The position numbers and the translations under genes were made by a program. The notes below the pieces were generated by a model, which saw only the letters and a list, made by a program, of their open reading frames with translations, did no database searches and was not told where the DNA came from. Positions 30,460 to 40,295 of a stretch of DNA of 64,000 nucleotides are shown here, one piece after another. The first letter of the stretch is position 1; each line of letters starts with the position of its first letter. Origin of the DNA: an uncultured archaeon (GTDB taxonomy: Archaea; Asgardarchaeota; Thorarchaeia; Thorarchaeales; Thorarchaeaceae); contig CAYYQL010000006.1 of the NCBI GenBank assembly GCA_964473825.1, positions 32,001 to 96,000 of the forward strand, in the 5' to 3' direction.

Positions 30460-30987
30460 TTGAGTATTATGAGCCTTGCAGTTTGGTGGAGACGCGGTAG
30501 CAAGCCAGGACTGATTATCATGTTCCTAGGAATTGCTGGATTTGTGCAGGTTCCCGTGCTGTGGCATGCACAGACCTACGTGAAAGTTCTGAGTGCAGAG
30601 TTGCAGCTTATCGTTGCACTTGGTGCCATGGTTGTGCTTGGCGGTGCCTTCGTCATCATGGCTGAAGCGATGTACCGGTGGTCGCATATCGTTTCCAAGC
30701 GCAAGGTCAGAAGAAGGCAGAGGTCTCAAGCAGGATTCATCACCAGACTCTCAGAAGCAGTCAGGTCCTATACGGACTTGCCGGCATTCGTCGGCCTTGC
30801 CCTCTTGAGCTGCGTGTTCCTGATGCTCTACTTCGTTCCCTTTGGAATTGCAGACTTCACACAGCAACCATCATGGTTCGCCCCATTAGTGTTCGTGGAT
30901 TCGCTCTATGTATACCCACTTGCCGTGAACATCTCAGCCATCCTCAGCGCACTTGTTGCAAGTTACATGAATCACAAGATCAAGTAG
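30460..30987 (+). CDS. Hypothetical membrane protein (about 4 TM)
   Basis: Hydrophobic segments separated by a basic loop. Confidence 0.7.
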   Translation: MSIMSLAVWWRRGSKPGLIIMFLGIAGFVQVPVLWHAQTYVKVLSAELQLIVALGAMVVLGGAFVIMAEAMYRWSHIVSKRKVRRRQRSQAGFITRLSEAVRSYTDLPAFVGLALLSCVFLMLYFVPFGIADFTQQPSWFAPLVFVDSLYVYPLAVNISAILSALVASYMNHKIK

Positions 30988-31070
30988 ATTCTCTCTTCTG
31001 ATTCTGCAGAGGGCGCTCCAAACAAAATGTTTAAGACACATAAGCGTTAACTATAGTTCATGTGATGTAG

Positions 31071-31547
31071 ATGAGCGACGGTCTAGAAATAGGAACAGAA
31101 GCACCAGACTTTACGCTCTTGGAGGCGCCTGGTGAATCAGTGACCCTGAGTGATGAACTCAAGAAGGGGCCTGTGGTACTTGCATTCTATCCAGCAGATT
31201 TCTCCTCAACCTGCCAAGAAGAACTCTGTAGACTCAGAGATGCACTTGCGGACTTCAACGAGCTCGGAGCAAATGTCCTAGGAGTGTCAGTGGACGGCAT
31301 CTTCAGCCATATAGCCTTCAAGAAAGCAAACGATATACAATTCCCGTTATTGTCAGACTGGGAGAAGGAAACCATCCACAAGTATGATGTGGTCTATCCA
31401 GACTTGGCAGGAATGAAAGATGTAGCGAAGCGATCCGTATTCGTCATCGATACGGACGGTACTGTTTTCTACAAGTGGGTAAGCGACGATCCGAGCAAAC
31501 TGCCACCCATTGATGAAATCGAAGAGGCAGTACGCGACCTACAGTAG
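31071..31547 (+). CDS. Peroxiredoxin (AhpC/TSA family)
   Basis: FYPADFSSTCQEELC, FPLLSD and KRSVFVID motifs. Confidence 0.92.
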   Translation: MSDGLEIGTEAPDFTLLEAPGESVTLSDELKKGPVVLAFYPADFSSTCQEELCRLRDALADFNELGANVLGVSVDGIFSHIAFKKANDIQFPLLSDWEKETIHKYDVVYPDLAGMKDVAKRSVFVIDTDGTVFYKWVSDDPSKLPPIDEIEEAVRDLQ

Positions 31548-31621
31548 GTAGGTAATGTCCACTACCTCTATATCAGACTTAGAGCCGAAACGGGGATGCG
31601 GCCTCTCTCAGGCTCAGATTT

Positions 31622-31712
31622 GCCGTGATAGATTAGCCCGGGAGATCGCGCGGCTGAAGACTGCGTTATCGAGTGTTCAAATCGACCAGGATTTTCCCCC
31701 CTATCGTGGATA
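31622..31712 (+). pseudogene. Truncated, diverged duplicate of tRNA-Phe (5' exon plus intron, no 3' exon)
   Basis: Near-identical to 31801-31889 with substitutions; CACTCTCTCGGCACCA absent. Confidence 0.8.
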
Positions 31713-31800
31713 GATATCGTCCTGGTTTTGCATCAATGCCGAGAATGGTTGTGTTGACTACGCTATCTTTATATTTCGACAACCTCGGTAGTAGTTCTGA

Positions 31801-31906
31801 GCCGAGATAGATTAGCCCGGGAGATCGCGCGGCTGAAGACCGCGTTGTCGAGTGTTCAAATCGACCGGGGAATCCCCCCATCGTGAAACTCACTCTCTCG
31901 GCACCA
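31801..31906 (+). tRNA. tRNA-Phe(GAA) with a 29-nt intron at position 59/60 (31861-31889)
   Basis: GCCGAGA/TCTCGGC acceptor stem, CTGAAGA loop; BHB ttca-aa^t...tgaa-ac^t; mature length 77 nt. Confidence 0.92.
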
Positions 31907-32301
31907 CCTCCCTTTTCCTCGATACCGGGCCGAGGAGCATCTATCGAAGCTAGTTTCCGACCAAATGTCAACGACATATCCCTAGATGCTACCATGGCTC
32001 TGTGGGAGTGGTTGGCAACGGCGAAGCAACTCGAGCAGGTCAACATCCTCAGAGCCCTGCTCTTCCCAGAAGAAGCCGTGCAATCGGCTGCTTTCTGGAT
32101 AAGGAAGCCAACAGATGAATCCAGCCAAGTTAGGCCAACAGTAGCGGTCAAAGAGAAAGGAGAGAGAATCTACAAGCGCAGGATTGAGTCAGTACTCGTG
32201 CCAGCCAATCAGACAGTTGGCAGTCCATCGACTAGTGATCAATTCTTGAAGTATTCTGAAAAGAAGAGGAAGGGAGGAAGATGCCCCCCAATCTTGTTGT
32301 T

Positions 32302-33396
32302 CTATTGGTTCTCACCCACGTCATCAGAAACGCTCACGTAGAGGTGCTCCTCTTGCTGTGAGTCACGCCTAATCTTCAGGCGCCTGTCTGAGATCCTTTT
32401 GCGCTCACCCCAGCGACCATGCCACCAGATACCCTTTTCCTCTTGAAGATAGATAGGGACCTTCACTGCAGCTGAGATGATCTTCCAGGTGTTGCTAATC
32501 ACGAGGATGAAGATGATGATGAACCAGCCAACATCAAAGGGAGTGATGGGCAGGTCCATAATGGTCTCGAGATAGGCTAGGCTGATGAGTTGCCAATGAG
32601 TTCCATCAAAGACCCAGACATAGTCCAGTGGCCAGCCGATGTTGATGAGAGCCATTGCAAGGACAATCCACACCGCACCGAGTACTGCCTCGAACACTAG
32701 GTTGAGATTGTTCTCTCCAGCATAGAAGAACATCGCTCCTTTGAGGGCGCCTACAAGCATTAGCATGGCTACAATGCTCACAACCGTACGGAACGGATCC
32801 GAGTAGAGGATGTATGTCTGAGGCAACAGCAGAATGACACCAAAGATGATGCCAAATATCACTTCACCCAGAGCGTCGGTCCTAGGTTTTATCTTGAAAC
32901 CCTCGACACCAAGAGAGAGAACCTCTTCGAGAAAGGTCTTCTCGGTCACCGACTTGTCTTCGAATACCGTTATGACGACGACAATTACCACAACAATGGT
33001 GAAATTGACCACAATTATGGATAGGAGAGTAGACAGCGAGATTGGACTGAACAGAGAGGGGGTGAATACTCCCACAACATAGGCACCTGCGGCGAACGTA
33101 ATGATGATGCCCACAAATGCTACAATGAGGCGCATTACCGGCAGGAAGTATTCCCTAGGAATTGGACCCCTCTTGGCACCTGTTCCGGTGTACTCATTTG
33201 CAACCGTCTTCGGGCCACCTAGACGTTCGATGGCCATCAGGGCAGAACCCTCTGTCATCGTGCCTTCGCCAATGTTCTCCGCTTCCTCAATGAGGTGCGT
33301 CCGTATCTCCATCAGGGTTTCCTCACTGTTCAGTGGGAGGTAGACCTTGACGCGCTCCAGATATTGATCTATAATCTTCAATGGGCCTCTAGTCAT
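32302..33396 (-). CDS. HAAS-domain multi-pass membrane protein
   Basis: IDQYLERVK...EIRTHL...AIERLGGPKTVA then TM helices; coupled to PadR stop (TAATG). Confidence 0.8.
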   Translation of the reverse strand: MTRGPLKIIDQYLERVKVYLPLNSEETLMEIRTHLIEEAENIGEGTMTEGSALMAIERLGGPKTVANEYTGTGAKRGPIPREYFLPVMRLIVAFVGIIITFAAGAYVVGVFTPSLFSPISLSTLLSIIVVNFTIVVVIVVVITVFEDKSVTEKTFLEEVLSLGVEGFKIKPRTDALGEVIFGIIFGVILLLPQTYILYSDPFRTVVSIVAMLMLVGALKGAMFFYAGENNLNLVFEAVLGAVWIVLAMALINIGWPLDYVWVFDGTHWQLISLAYLETIMDLPITPFDVGWFIIIFILVISNTWKIISAAVKVPIYLQEEKGIWWHGRWGERKRISDRRLKIRRDSQQEEHLYVSVSDDVGENQ

Positions 33397-33764
33397 TAGG
33401 TTGGAACCTCCGTGATTATCTCGTTCATCTCGTCGGTCAAGAGGGACCATATCTCGCTCATCTGTTTCAGAGCGCTTGCGCCCTGGTTACTGAGCACATA
33501 GTATTTCTTTGGCTTAGCAGGGTCCTCATGGTCCCACTCTGAGGTCAACAGGTCCCGCTTCTCCATTCTCCGGAGAAGAGGATACACTGTTCCCTGCTCA
33601 AGGGACAGGAATTCAGTTCTGTCCTCGAGTTCCTTCACAATCTCGTAACCATAGGCGCGCCTCTTGCTGAGAAGAGCCAGAATGGCTAGAGATGCTGCAC
33701 CGCGCCTGACTTCCTTGGCCCAGCGCTCAAGTTCTTTTTCGACGTTTTTTGATTGTTCGCTCAT
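33396..33764 (-). CDS. PadR-family transcriptional regulator
   Basis: YGYEI, GTVYPLLRRME and KKYYVLS..G motifs. Confidence 0.92.
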   Translation of the reverse strand: MSEQSKNVEKELERWAKEVRRGAASLAILALLSKRRAYGYEIVKELEDRTEFLSLEQGTVYPLLRRMEKRDLLTSEWDHEDPAKPKKYYVLSNQGASALKQMSEIWSLLTDEMNEIITEVPT

Positions 33765-33815
33765 TTTGTGTTCACAGCCTCCTATATTAGCTGGCACCTA
33801 GTGGTGTGTATAACT

Positions 33816-33844
33816 TGGTACTGTGTACCACATAGTGCTATGTG
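33816..33844. promoter_or_regulatory. Overlapping palindromes, probable PadR operator
   Basis: TGGTAC-tgt-GTACCA and CACATAG-tg-CTATGTG about 50-80 bp upstream of padR. Confidence 0.5.
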
Positions 33845-33940
33845 ATAGATGTATATAAATATTACTGAGTGAGCCGTCATACCTAGCGTATACGTTATGT
33901 TGAAGGAGAGGTTGGCAGAAATAGCAGAACAGAGCCGAGC

Positions 33941-34390
33941 GTGAAAGAAGTGGATGAGAGAGTAACGATCAAGGTGAAAAAACTCCACAAGGACGCACAA
34001 GTTCCAAAGGCTGCAAAGAGCGGCGATGTGGCTTTTGATCTCTATGCTGTTGAAGAGTATGAGTTGCAGCCTGGAGATCGAGGAGCAGTCCGCACGGGCC
34101 TTGCATTGGAGATTCCTCGAGGATACGAAGGCCAAGTACGACCACGAAGTGGGCTTGCTCTCAAGCATGGAATCACAGTGCTCAACAGCCCGGGAACCAT
34201 CGACTCAGGCTATCGGGGAGAAGTCAAGACCATCATGATCAATCATGGTACTGAATCCTTCAAGGTGGAGAAGGGTATGAGAATAAGCCAACTTGCCATT
34301 CGGCCTGTTCCGAGGGTGGAGATTGCGCTTGTGGATGAGCTGTCAGATTCAGAACGAGGGGACGGCGGATTCGGCAGTACGGGAGTCTAG
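33941..34390 (+). CDS. dut: Trimeric dUTPase
   Basis: RPRSGLA, GTIDSGYRGE and RGDGGFGSTG motifs. Confidence 0.95.
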   Translation: MKEVDERVTIKVKKLHKDAQVPKAAKSGDVAFDLYAVEEYELQPGDRGAVRTGLALEIPRGYEGQVRPRSGLALKHGITVLNSPGTIDSGYRGEVKTIMINHGTESFKVEKGMRISQLAIRPVPRVEIALVDELSDSERGDGGFGSTGV

Positions 34391-34705
34391 CCGGTCGTCT
34401 TTCAGGACCCAGTTCGCGAAGATGGTTGTCATCACCGCAGCGGGAGGTACTATCAGAAGCATCTTCCGAGAGCCGCGCGTTATCCACAGACGCAGCTCAT
34501 TCTCGCGGCAGGTCTCAATGAGGGCCACCACTGCAGGAAGTGTCCAGTCAGTTATGTCGAGTCGATTTGAGGCGAGTTCAGACTCAATAAGCTGTTTGAA
34601 GCGAAGAGCTGATCGGCAACTGACGCTTCGACCGAGCTTCTCAATCCGGGATATTGTATCGTAGTCTTCTGCTTCCAATACAGGGGCAGTTGTCATGTCT
34701 TCCAA
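34349..34705 (-). CDS. Hypothetical protein
   Basis: 118-aa ORF filling the gap between dut and tRNA; short 3' overlap with dut. Confidence 0.55.
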   Translation of the reverse strand: MEDMTTAPVLEAEDYDTISRIEKLGRSVSCRSALRFKQLIESELASNRLDITDWTLPAVVALIETCRENELRLWITRGSRKMLLIVPPAAVMTTIFANWVLKDDRLDSRTAESAVPSF

Positions 34706-34826
34706 TCTTGGTTATCAGTAATAAGGAACCCATTTTTCCGTTGAGCCATAAAATAATAGATAGGTCAAAACGTTTTTAATCGGCAGACGGCAGCAGGGAG
34801 AATTGTCTGGGACAACTTCCAGAACT

Positions 34827-34934
34827 GGGCCGATAGTCTAGCCCGGCTATGATACCGCATTGACATAAGTCATTGATTTCCAATTTCTTTCAAAGGTGCG
34901 GTGGTCGCTGGTTCAAATCCGGCTCGGCCCACCA
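34827..34934 (+). tRNA. tRNA-Val(GAC) with a 30-nt canonical 37/38 intron (34866-34895)
   Basis: GGGCCGA/TCGGCCC, CCGCA-TTGACA^...^G-TGCGG; strict BHB (TTGA/TCAA helix). Confidence 0.92.
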
Positions 34935-34944
34935 TCATTCTTCT

Positions 34945-35442
34945 TCATTGCATCTTCTTGCTTAGTCGGGACTCGGCTTGTTCAATAGGAAACACGTTCT
35001 CCTGGTTCTCACAGTCTCTGCAATCCGGATTCTTCCCGCAATTCCTCTCTGCCAGCCCCCTATTCACCAACACCTTTGCGAAGTCTGAGGATACTGTGTC
35101 CAAGTCTTTCTCAGCGAGATTCTGGATGCCTGAGTTGTGTTGCTCCACGAATGTGTTCACAATCCGCTGGGCTGTTGGAATGTGTTCCTCCACATTGTCG
35201 TCATCCACTGCTACTGCAAAGATAAGCCCCTCTCGGAGTAACAGAATGAAGGTCAATGCGCCAAGATCAATCTGGTCTACGGATGAGGTGCTCAGCATCT
35301 GTGCAAACGTGTGAATGGCCCTGATCAGGCTGCTCACCATTCCTCCATCTTCACCCAGAGAGTGGCACTCACCGAAGTTGGCCGCGATTAGAGCCTGTCC
35401 CGAGTCATCGATGACAAACACGTTTCGAATCATATCTGACAC
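34945..35442 (-). CDS. Longin-like domain protein with C-terminal Cys cluster
   Basis: IRNVFVIDDSG..L, SSLIRAI..F, LIFAVAVD and IVNTFVEQH pattern; CGKNPDCRDC tail. Confidence 0.65.
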   Translation of the reverse strand: MSDMIRNVFVIDDSGQALIAANFGECHSLGEDGGMVSSLIRAIHTFAQMLSTSSVDQIDLGALTFILLLREGLIFAVAVDDDNVEEHIPTAQRIVNTFVEQHNSGIQNLAEKDLDTVSSDFAKVLVNRGLAERNCGKNPDCRDCENQENVFPIEQAESRLSKKMQ

Positions 35443-35497
35443 TTCTTGATCTGAGAGGAGAGAACAGCATCTCGCTAGAACCTATAATCTCATTCGG

Positions 35498-36025
35498 TCA
35501 GAAGAACATTCCTGATCTCATGGGGTACTTCTCTCGAAAGACCTTCTCAGCCTTCAACTCAAGATTACGTCGAATGCTTGCGATATCTGGGCTGAGCGAT
35601 GTCAGGTCAGGTCTAGTGAGGACTGGCCCACTAAGATAGTGTTTCGCCTTCTGTCGTCCCAAGTCTGAGGGATGGATTGGAGCTCTCTTGATGATCTCAT
35701 CTATCTTCGGGCGACTGATTTCGGGATTCTCTATCCCTCTAATTAGGTCTTCTAGATCGTTGTTCGTGAGTGATCTCAGTCCATATTCGGGAGTTGCCTT
35801 CATACGCTCAATAGAGGGGCTCTCGCCATCAAGTTCCACGCCGGCTCCTGTGAATCGGCCAGGACCCAGGGGGATGAGGCGAAGCTGATAGGCAGATGTC
35901 GGTCCAACAACAAGCATATCGCCTACAGGGGTATGAAGCACGCGCCATCCTCTCGGGCGCTCGCTGTACTGCTCTAGGATACGAGGAATAACATCCTCCA
36001 CGGGCTCCGCATCGGGCAATCTCAT
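35498..36025 (-). CDS. Hypothetical protein
   Basis: 175-aa ORF co-oriented with its neighbours. Confidence 0.65.
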   Translation of the reverse strand: MRLPDAEPVEDVIPRILEQYSERPRGWRVLHTPVGDMLVVGPTSAYQLRLIPLGPGRFTGAGVELDGESPSIERMKATPEYGLRSLTNNDLEDLIRGIENPEISRPKIDEIIKRAPIHPSDLGRQKAKHYLSGPVLTRPDLTSLSPDIASIRRNLELKAEKVFREKYPMRSGMFF

Positions 36026-36147
36026 TCAAGGATTCCTTTTCAGTGTATACTCATATTGGTATTGGTTCAGGTGAAGAATCGAACTGACTGGTGAAGCATC
36101 TCATGTGTCAGGGCGAATCAAGACGTTTTGCATTGCATGTGCTAGGA

Positions 36148-36537
36148 CTATGGACGCATGGACAATGCTTTCCCGATGGGGGTATGTGTTTCTAGACTTC
36201 CCCGCATGAGCCTTACAGACCTGTGCAAGGTTTGGATTCCATCACGCATGAATGAGTCGATGTCGCATACAACATCCTCCCATGACCTCGATGGATCATT
36301 TAGATCCTGATGATCGATGATGTACTTGAAGGTGAGAGGCAGGCCATTCACTTCTACGCCAATGGCCATGAGTGTCACACGCCGGATTCGTTGTTGATCA
36401 TCTAGGAAGGGACTCTGGAAATATTCCGGGTCATAGAGAACTACCGCAGCTCGATTGGCTGCCTCCATAAAGTCATCATAGTCTTCTAAGACAAGCGGAG
36501 GTACGTAAACAGTTTCGCTGTTGCTCATTTTCTTCAC
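36148..36537 (-). CDS. Hypothetical protein
   Basis: 129-aa ORF; GGTGA-type ribosome site near the start. Confidence 0.65.
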   Translation of the reverse strand: MKKMSNSETVYVPPLVLEDYDDFMEAANRAAVVLYDPEYFQSPFLDDQQRIRRVTLMAIGVEVNGLPLTFKYIIDHQDLNDPSRSWEDVVCDIDSFMRDGIQTLHRSVRLMRGSLETHTPIGKALSMRP

Positions 36538-36700
36538 CAGTCTGCTGTTCTGCCACTCCCCCCTACCCCTTCATTTCCGATGGAGGGGGAGGAGTAGGAC
36601 CAGCCTTATCTGGGCCTCCCGGCCCGCTACTAACCATATAAACACAAATACATATAAACATATCTATTTAGTTTATAAATTAGCCGTTTATTTGATATTA

Positions 36701-36725
36701 ACGTTGCTTGGAACACGTGTTCTAA
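36701..36725. promoter_or_regulatory. Palindromic motif copy 1 (ACGTTGCTTGGAACACGTGTTCTAA)
   Basis: 24/25 identical to 60213-60237; near-perfect 18-bp palindrome in AT-rich intergenic DNA. Confidence 0.65.
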
Positions 36726-36775
36726 GTACTATTTGGCGCGGAATGGAAAGTGAATAGAATGCCGATATGGGGCCT

Positions 36776-37228
36776 TCAGAGGGTCTCGCATACTCGCCGG
36801 ATTTTGCGGATTTGTTCATGCTTGACATGCGCGAAGTACTGGAACAGACGGCTGATGACTTCAGACTTTGCACGGGCAGCGATTGATAAGAAGAAGGTAT
36901 AGCCCTTGATCTCCTGCTTTAGAGCCTTGTTGCAGATGAATATCCTTGGGTCGGTCTCAACCCGCTTCAAATCGAAAGGGGTCTCATCAGGAGAACTCTC
37001 CTCATCGAACTGGACGGCTTTCTCCACTGCATCCAGTATTCCGGTCATGATCATGTCCTCAATCTCTTCTGCCAGGTTCTCCTCCGACTCTGCAAGCACC
37101 ATCAACAGGGCCTTTGTCTTTGGGTTTTCGACAGCATCTGCAGCATCCATATAGAACTTGTAATGATTGAGAGATGTTGCCAATGCAAGATTTAGCATGT
37201 GTTCAGCCTGACTCTTCGTACGACTCAT
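36776..37228 (-). CDS. Ferritin-like/rubrerythrin-like protein (degenerate metal ligands)
   Basis: Two repeats FY..AA...K.LL..LA..E and EIKGYTFF...A.....LF..FA. Confidence 0.7.
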   Translation of the reverse strand: MSRTKSQAEHMLNLALATSLNHYKFYMDAADAVENPKTKALLMVLAESEENLAEEIEDMIMTGILDAVEKAVQFDEESSPDETPFDLKRVETDPRIFICNKALKQEIKGYTFFLSIAARAKSEVISRLFQYFAHVKHEQIRKIRRVCETL

Positions 37229-37328
37229 CCTACGTTCACGCATCCATAGAATTCCATGGAGAAATGGGTTTCGGACAGACACCTTGGACTTGGAAAGAGT
37301 TCAGAATCACCCAATGAACGGCTTTGCC

Positions 37329-38069
37329 TCAAGAGTTCTGAAAACTCTCGGGGCTCTCGAGGTACTGCATCAACAGAGCATACTCGTCTCTATCCATGCT
37401 GTCCTCAAGGAGAGGTAGACCCTCATCAACAAAATCTATCACGGAATGGAGTCTGAGACCCTCTGACTCGGCGCGCTCTCTGGCCCCTTGTTGTCGGTCA
37501 ATGAGAACAACAATGTCGTCACACCTGACATCGCTCAACCCTCGTCGTTCCACCTCTCTGAGAACCTGCGAACGAGCAATCAGTTTGCTATTCATTCCCG
37601 TCACCAAGTCGTCGACAAGGCAGAGTATGTCGCCATCTTCCAGTCGGCCCTCGAGAAGTCTGTGCTGACCATACTCGGATAACGCCGCTGCTAAATCAGC
37701 CTCACTCCTGACACCGGTCAGTTTCCGCGTATGACATGCAGGAAGCCCTGACTGTAAGGAGATTGCTGTTGCAATGGGGACACCTGCAAAGGCAATGCCC
37801 ACAAGCCTGTTGGCATGTGATACCTTTTCTTCTACCAAGAGCGCCATGGCCTCCGCAGCCTTCCTGAGCACACGGGGATAGGAGCTTATCAGTCGAAGTT
37901 GGATATAGAATGGGCTCCAGAGTCCTGATATCAAGGTCCAGCCACTTGATTGATCGCGTTTCGAGGTGAGAAGCATTCCATTATCGTAGAGTCCTGTCAT
38001 GATCTCGCGCTTCAGCGATAGGGGGATAGTGGTATCAGCAACCATGAGTTCCACCTCGGAGGATATCAT
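37329..38069 (-). CDS. pyrE: Orotate phosphoribosyltransferase
   Basis: LISGLWSPFYIQLR, LVDDLVT and VVLIDRQQG motifs. Confidence 0.85.
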   Translation of the reverse strand: MISSEVELMVADTTIPLSLKREIMTGLYDNGMLLTSKRDQSSGWTLISGLWSPFYIQLRLISSYPRVLRKAAEAMALLVEEKVSHANRLVGIAFAGVPIATAISLQSGLPACHTRKLTGVRSEADLAAALSEYGQHRLLEGRLEDGDILCLVDDLVTGMNSKLIARSQVLREVERRGLSDVRCDDIVVLIDRQQGARERAESEGLRLHSVIDFVDEGLPLLEDSMDRDEYALLMQYLESPESFQNS

Positions 38070-38142
38070 CTAGCCATCTCTTAACTGTGCTCCTACCAGT
38101 GCGAGTTCGAAGACTCATATATGCAGATGCGAACAAAGATGT

Positions 38143-39192
38143 ATGGAAGATGCAGAGATAGTCGACTGGTTGCTAGAGGAGGGAGGGGCATCAGTACATT
38201 TCAGAACACTGGTCGATTTGGTCAGACATAACGACATGCTGAAAGTGAGCTGTGCTCTTGATGACCTCATCAACAGCCCACTGGTTAAGCTTTGGTTGAG
38301 TAGGCTCGGAGAGGGCCTGTCATTCAAATCCCTCCATTCTGGCAGACCTGATGCTTTTGAGAATACAGTCGGGAAGCTAGTGCAGCTTGGAATGAGAGCC
38401 GGCCTTCAGCCGTTTGACAATCTGACCTTGAAGTATCGGGCCTGGCTCACTGATAACCTGTCTGGCAATGAAAGGAGAGTTGGACCCTTCAAGCGCCTTA
38501 TCCTAGCCTCATTCCTCAGTTACGCGGGATATCATGACACGACCACAGTGAATGGTCTACTCCAATGCAGACTGAACACCGTTCACAGGTTCGCGACACA
38601 AGGAGACCTGTCGAACATCTATGCGTCACCGGAGAGGCAGAGACAGGTACCTGGCAGTTACTCTTCCCATAGATTGATCCGAGCAGGATTGAGGGGGAAA
38701 CACGGGCTAGCGCTACCTTACGTCCACGACCTTCTTGGTTTCGGTAGTTCACAGCAGTTGCTTAGAAACCCTGTTCAAAGAGTGAAGCTGGGACAGATTC
38801 TTGACATGATCATGAGTGACGAATATCAGTCGCTCCCACGTGGTTACGGAGTCATGGAGACAGCAGGGATATATCGCGTCATTGGATGGAGCATTCATCT
38901 ACCGGAGCTGGTTGCAGAGAGGGGAGCAGAAATGCTGATGATGATGGAGCTCCTTGCGCCTTTTGAACGAGGCAGAGAAAGCGTATGGTTCAAGGATGCC
39001 TGGCATATACTCGAAATGCAAAAAACGGAACGGGACACCTACCGATTCCCAACGCATTGGTTGAGAGATCAATCTAGTGGCTATTGGATAAACGGTGCAT
39101 ACATGGCCTTGGGGCGTAGACGAACGAATCCGATAATCGAACAAGAGTCAACCTTCAGGGTTCTGTGGTTGAAACACTTGATGACTCGTTAG
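38143..39192 (+). CDS. Hypothetical protein (possible alpha/alpha-toroid, prenyltransferase-like)
   Basis: 349-aa ORF; DWLLEEG..SV.FR.L.DL N-terminus. Confidence 0.65.
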   Translation: MEDAEIVDWLLEEGGASVHFRTLVDLVRHNDMLKVSCALDDLINSPLVKLWLSRLGEGLSFKSLHSGRPDAFENTVGKLVQLGMRAGLQPFDNLTLKYRAWLTDNLSGNERRVGPFKRLILASFLSYAGYHDTTTVNGLLQCRLNTVHRFATQGDLSNIYASPERQRQVPGSYSSHRLIRAGLRGKHGLALPYVHDLLGFGSSQQLLRNPVQRVKLGQILDMIMSDEYQSLPRGYGVMETAGIYRVIGWSIHLPELVAERGAEMLMMMELLAPFERGRESVWFKDAWHILEMQKTERDTYRFPTHWLRDQSSGYWINGAYMALGRRRTNPIIEQESTFRVLWLKHLMTR

Positions 39193-40279
39193 CAAGACCG
39201 TCCTCTCCCTGTTCCGGCTCGTTCGTTTTGCGCCCCTTGAAGATGAACTGGGTCACAGAGAATCGGTTCACAACGAAGACCACACCGGGAACGGAAACGA
39301 GCACTGCAACAGCAAACCTCAGGACCCACAGAAGCAAAGTAGGTTCAAGGGGGAGACCCAACAGAACAAAGGCAACTGCGGGAATGAAGAAAGTCATCGG
39401 ATGGAGCTCGTATATCTCCTGAGAGTTTCTACCAAGAATCAGACCGATGGACCTTGGTCTCTCAGGGAGGTCTGTCAAGTAACCTGAAACAACAAAGACT
39501 ATGATGGAACCAAGTGTCCCAGTCGCAAGATACAGCAACACTGATTCACCAATCCTATCCACTGCAAGGTCGGTGAATCCGTTCATCTGCGATGCGAGGA
39601 TGAGGCACACGCCCAGAAGAATCACAATCAAAAAGTCAACAGAGGGAGTTTCACTCCGCCACGATTTGAGACCTCGCAAATGCCGGATCTCGTTTCCAAT
39701 CAAGACGAAAGTAGCAGAGATTAAGATGGCGTTCAAGTGCCACGGAACCAAGGCAGGTGAAAAGAGAGATTGAAGCCATACGGCCAGGACGGGTAACACT
39801 GCAAATAGAGGATATCGGGCCCAGTGCGGTTGTTTCCTCAACGTATGGTCCAGAACGACAAACAGAAAGAAACCAAAAAAGAGGACGGGAAGAAACCAGA
39901 GATGTGTGACTGAGTCAGGAGGACCGCTACCATACAAGAACCAGAACAAAAGCTGGTCAGGGGTGAGATAGGTATCGACATACGGCGACAGCAGTGCGAA
40001 GAGCAGCATCATGATCCCGTACAGTATGAAATAGGGAATCATGAACTGCCGGCCGCGTGTGCGAAGGAGGGCTATAAAATCATCCCGATGTTTCTCGTTG
40101 TTATATGTGAGCCCTGTTAGAACAAAGAAGAGGGGGATTGTAAAGCTGCTCAGGTGAACTGTGATGGCATTGATTGTAGGTATTATTGAATGAACCAGCA
40201 TGACAAAGAATATCCCCACACCCTTGGCCATATCAATCCAATCAAAGCGCCGGTGGGGAACGAATACCCCGTTTTTCAT
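39155..40279 (-). CDS. Acyltransferase family 3 membrane protein
   Basis: RFDWIDMAKG....V...H, PLFFVLTG and LWFL motifs. Confidence 0.88.
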   Translation of the reverse strand: MKNGVFVPHRRFDWIDMAKGVGIFFVMLVHSIIPTINAITVHLSSFTIPLFFVLTGLTYNNEKHRDDFIALLRTRGRQFMIPYFILYGIMMLLFALLSPYVDTYLTPDQLLFWFLYGSGPPDSVTHLWFLPVLFFGFFLFVVLDHTLRKQPHWARYPLFAVLPVLAVWLQSLFSPALVPWHLNAILISATFVLIGNEIRHLRGLKSWRSETPSVDFLIVILLGVCLILASQMNGFTDLAVDRIGESVLLYLATGTLGSIIVFVVSGYLTDLPERPRSIGLILGRNSQEIYELHPMTFFIPAVAFVLLGLPLEPTLLLWVLRFAVAVLVSVPGVVFVVNRFSVTQFIFKGRKTNEPEQGEDGLANESSSVSTTEP

Positions 40280-40295
40280 AATCGTTCACTTGTCT

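Noticed and set aside
31622-31889. About 90-bp direct repeat first considered a CRISPR unit or hammerhead ribozyme (CTGAAGA)
   Set aside because: CTGAAGA is the Phe anticodon loop; the repeat is tRNA-Phe and its truncated copy.
31883-32341. 152-aa plus-strand ORF after tRNA-Phe
   Set aside because: Starts inside the tRNA, overlaps the convergent gene and has no recognisable motif.
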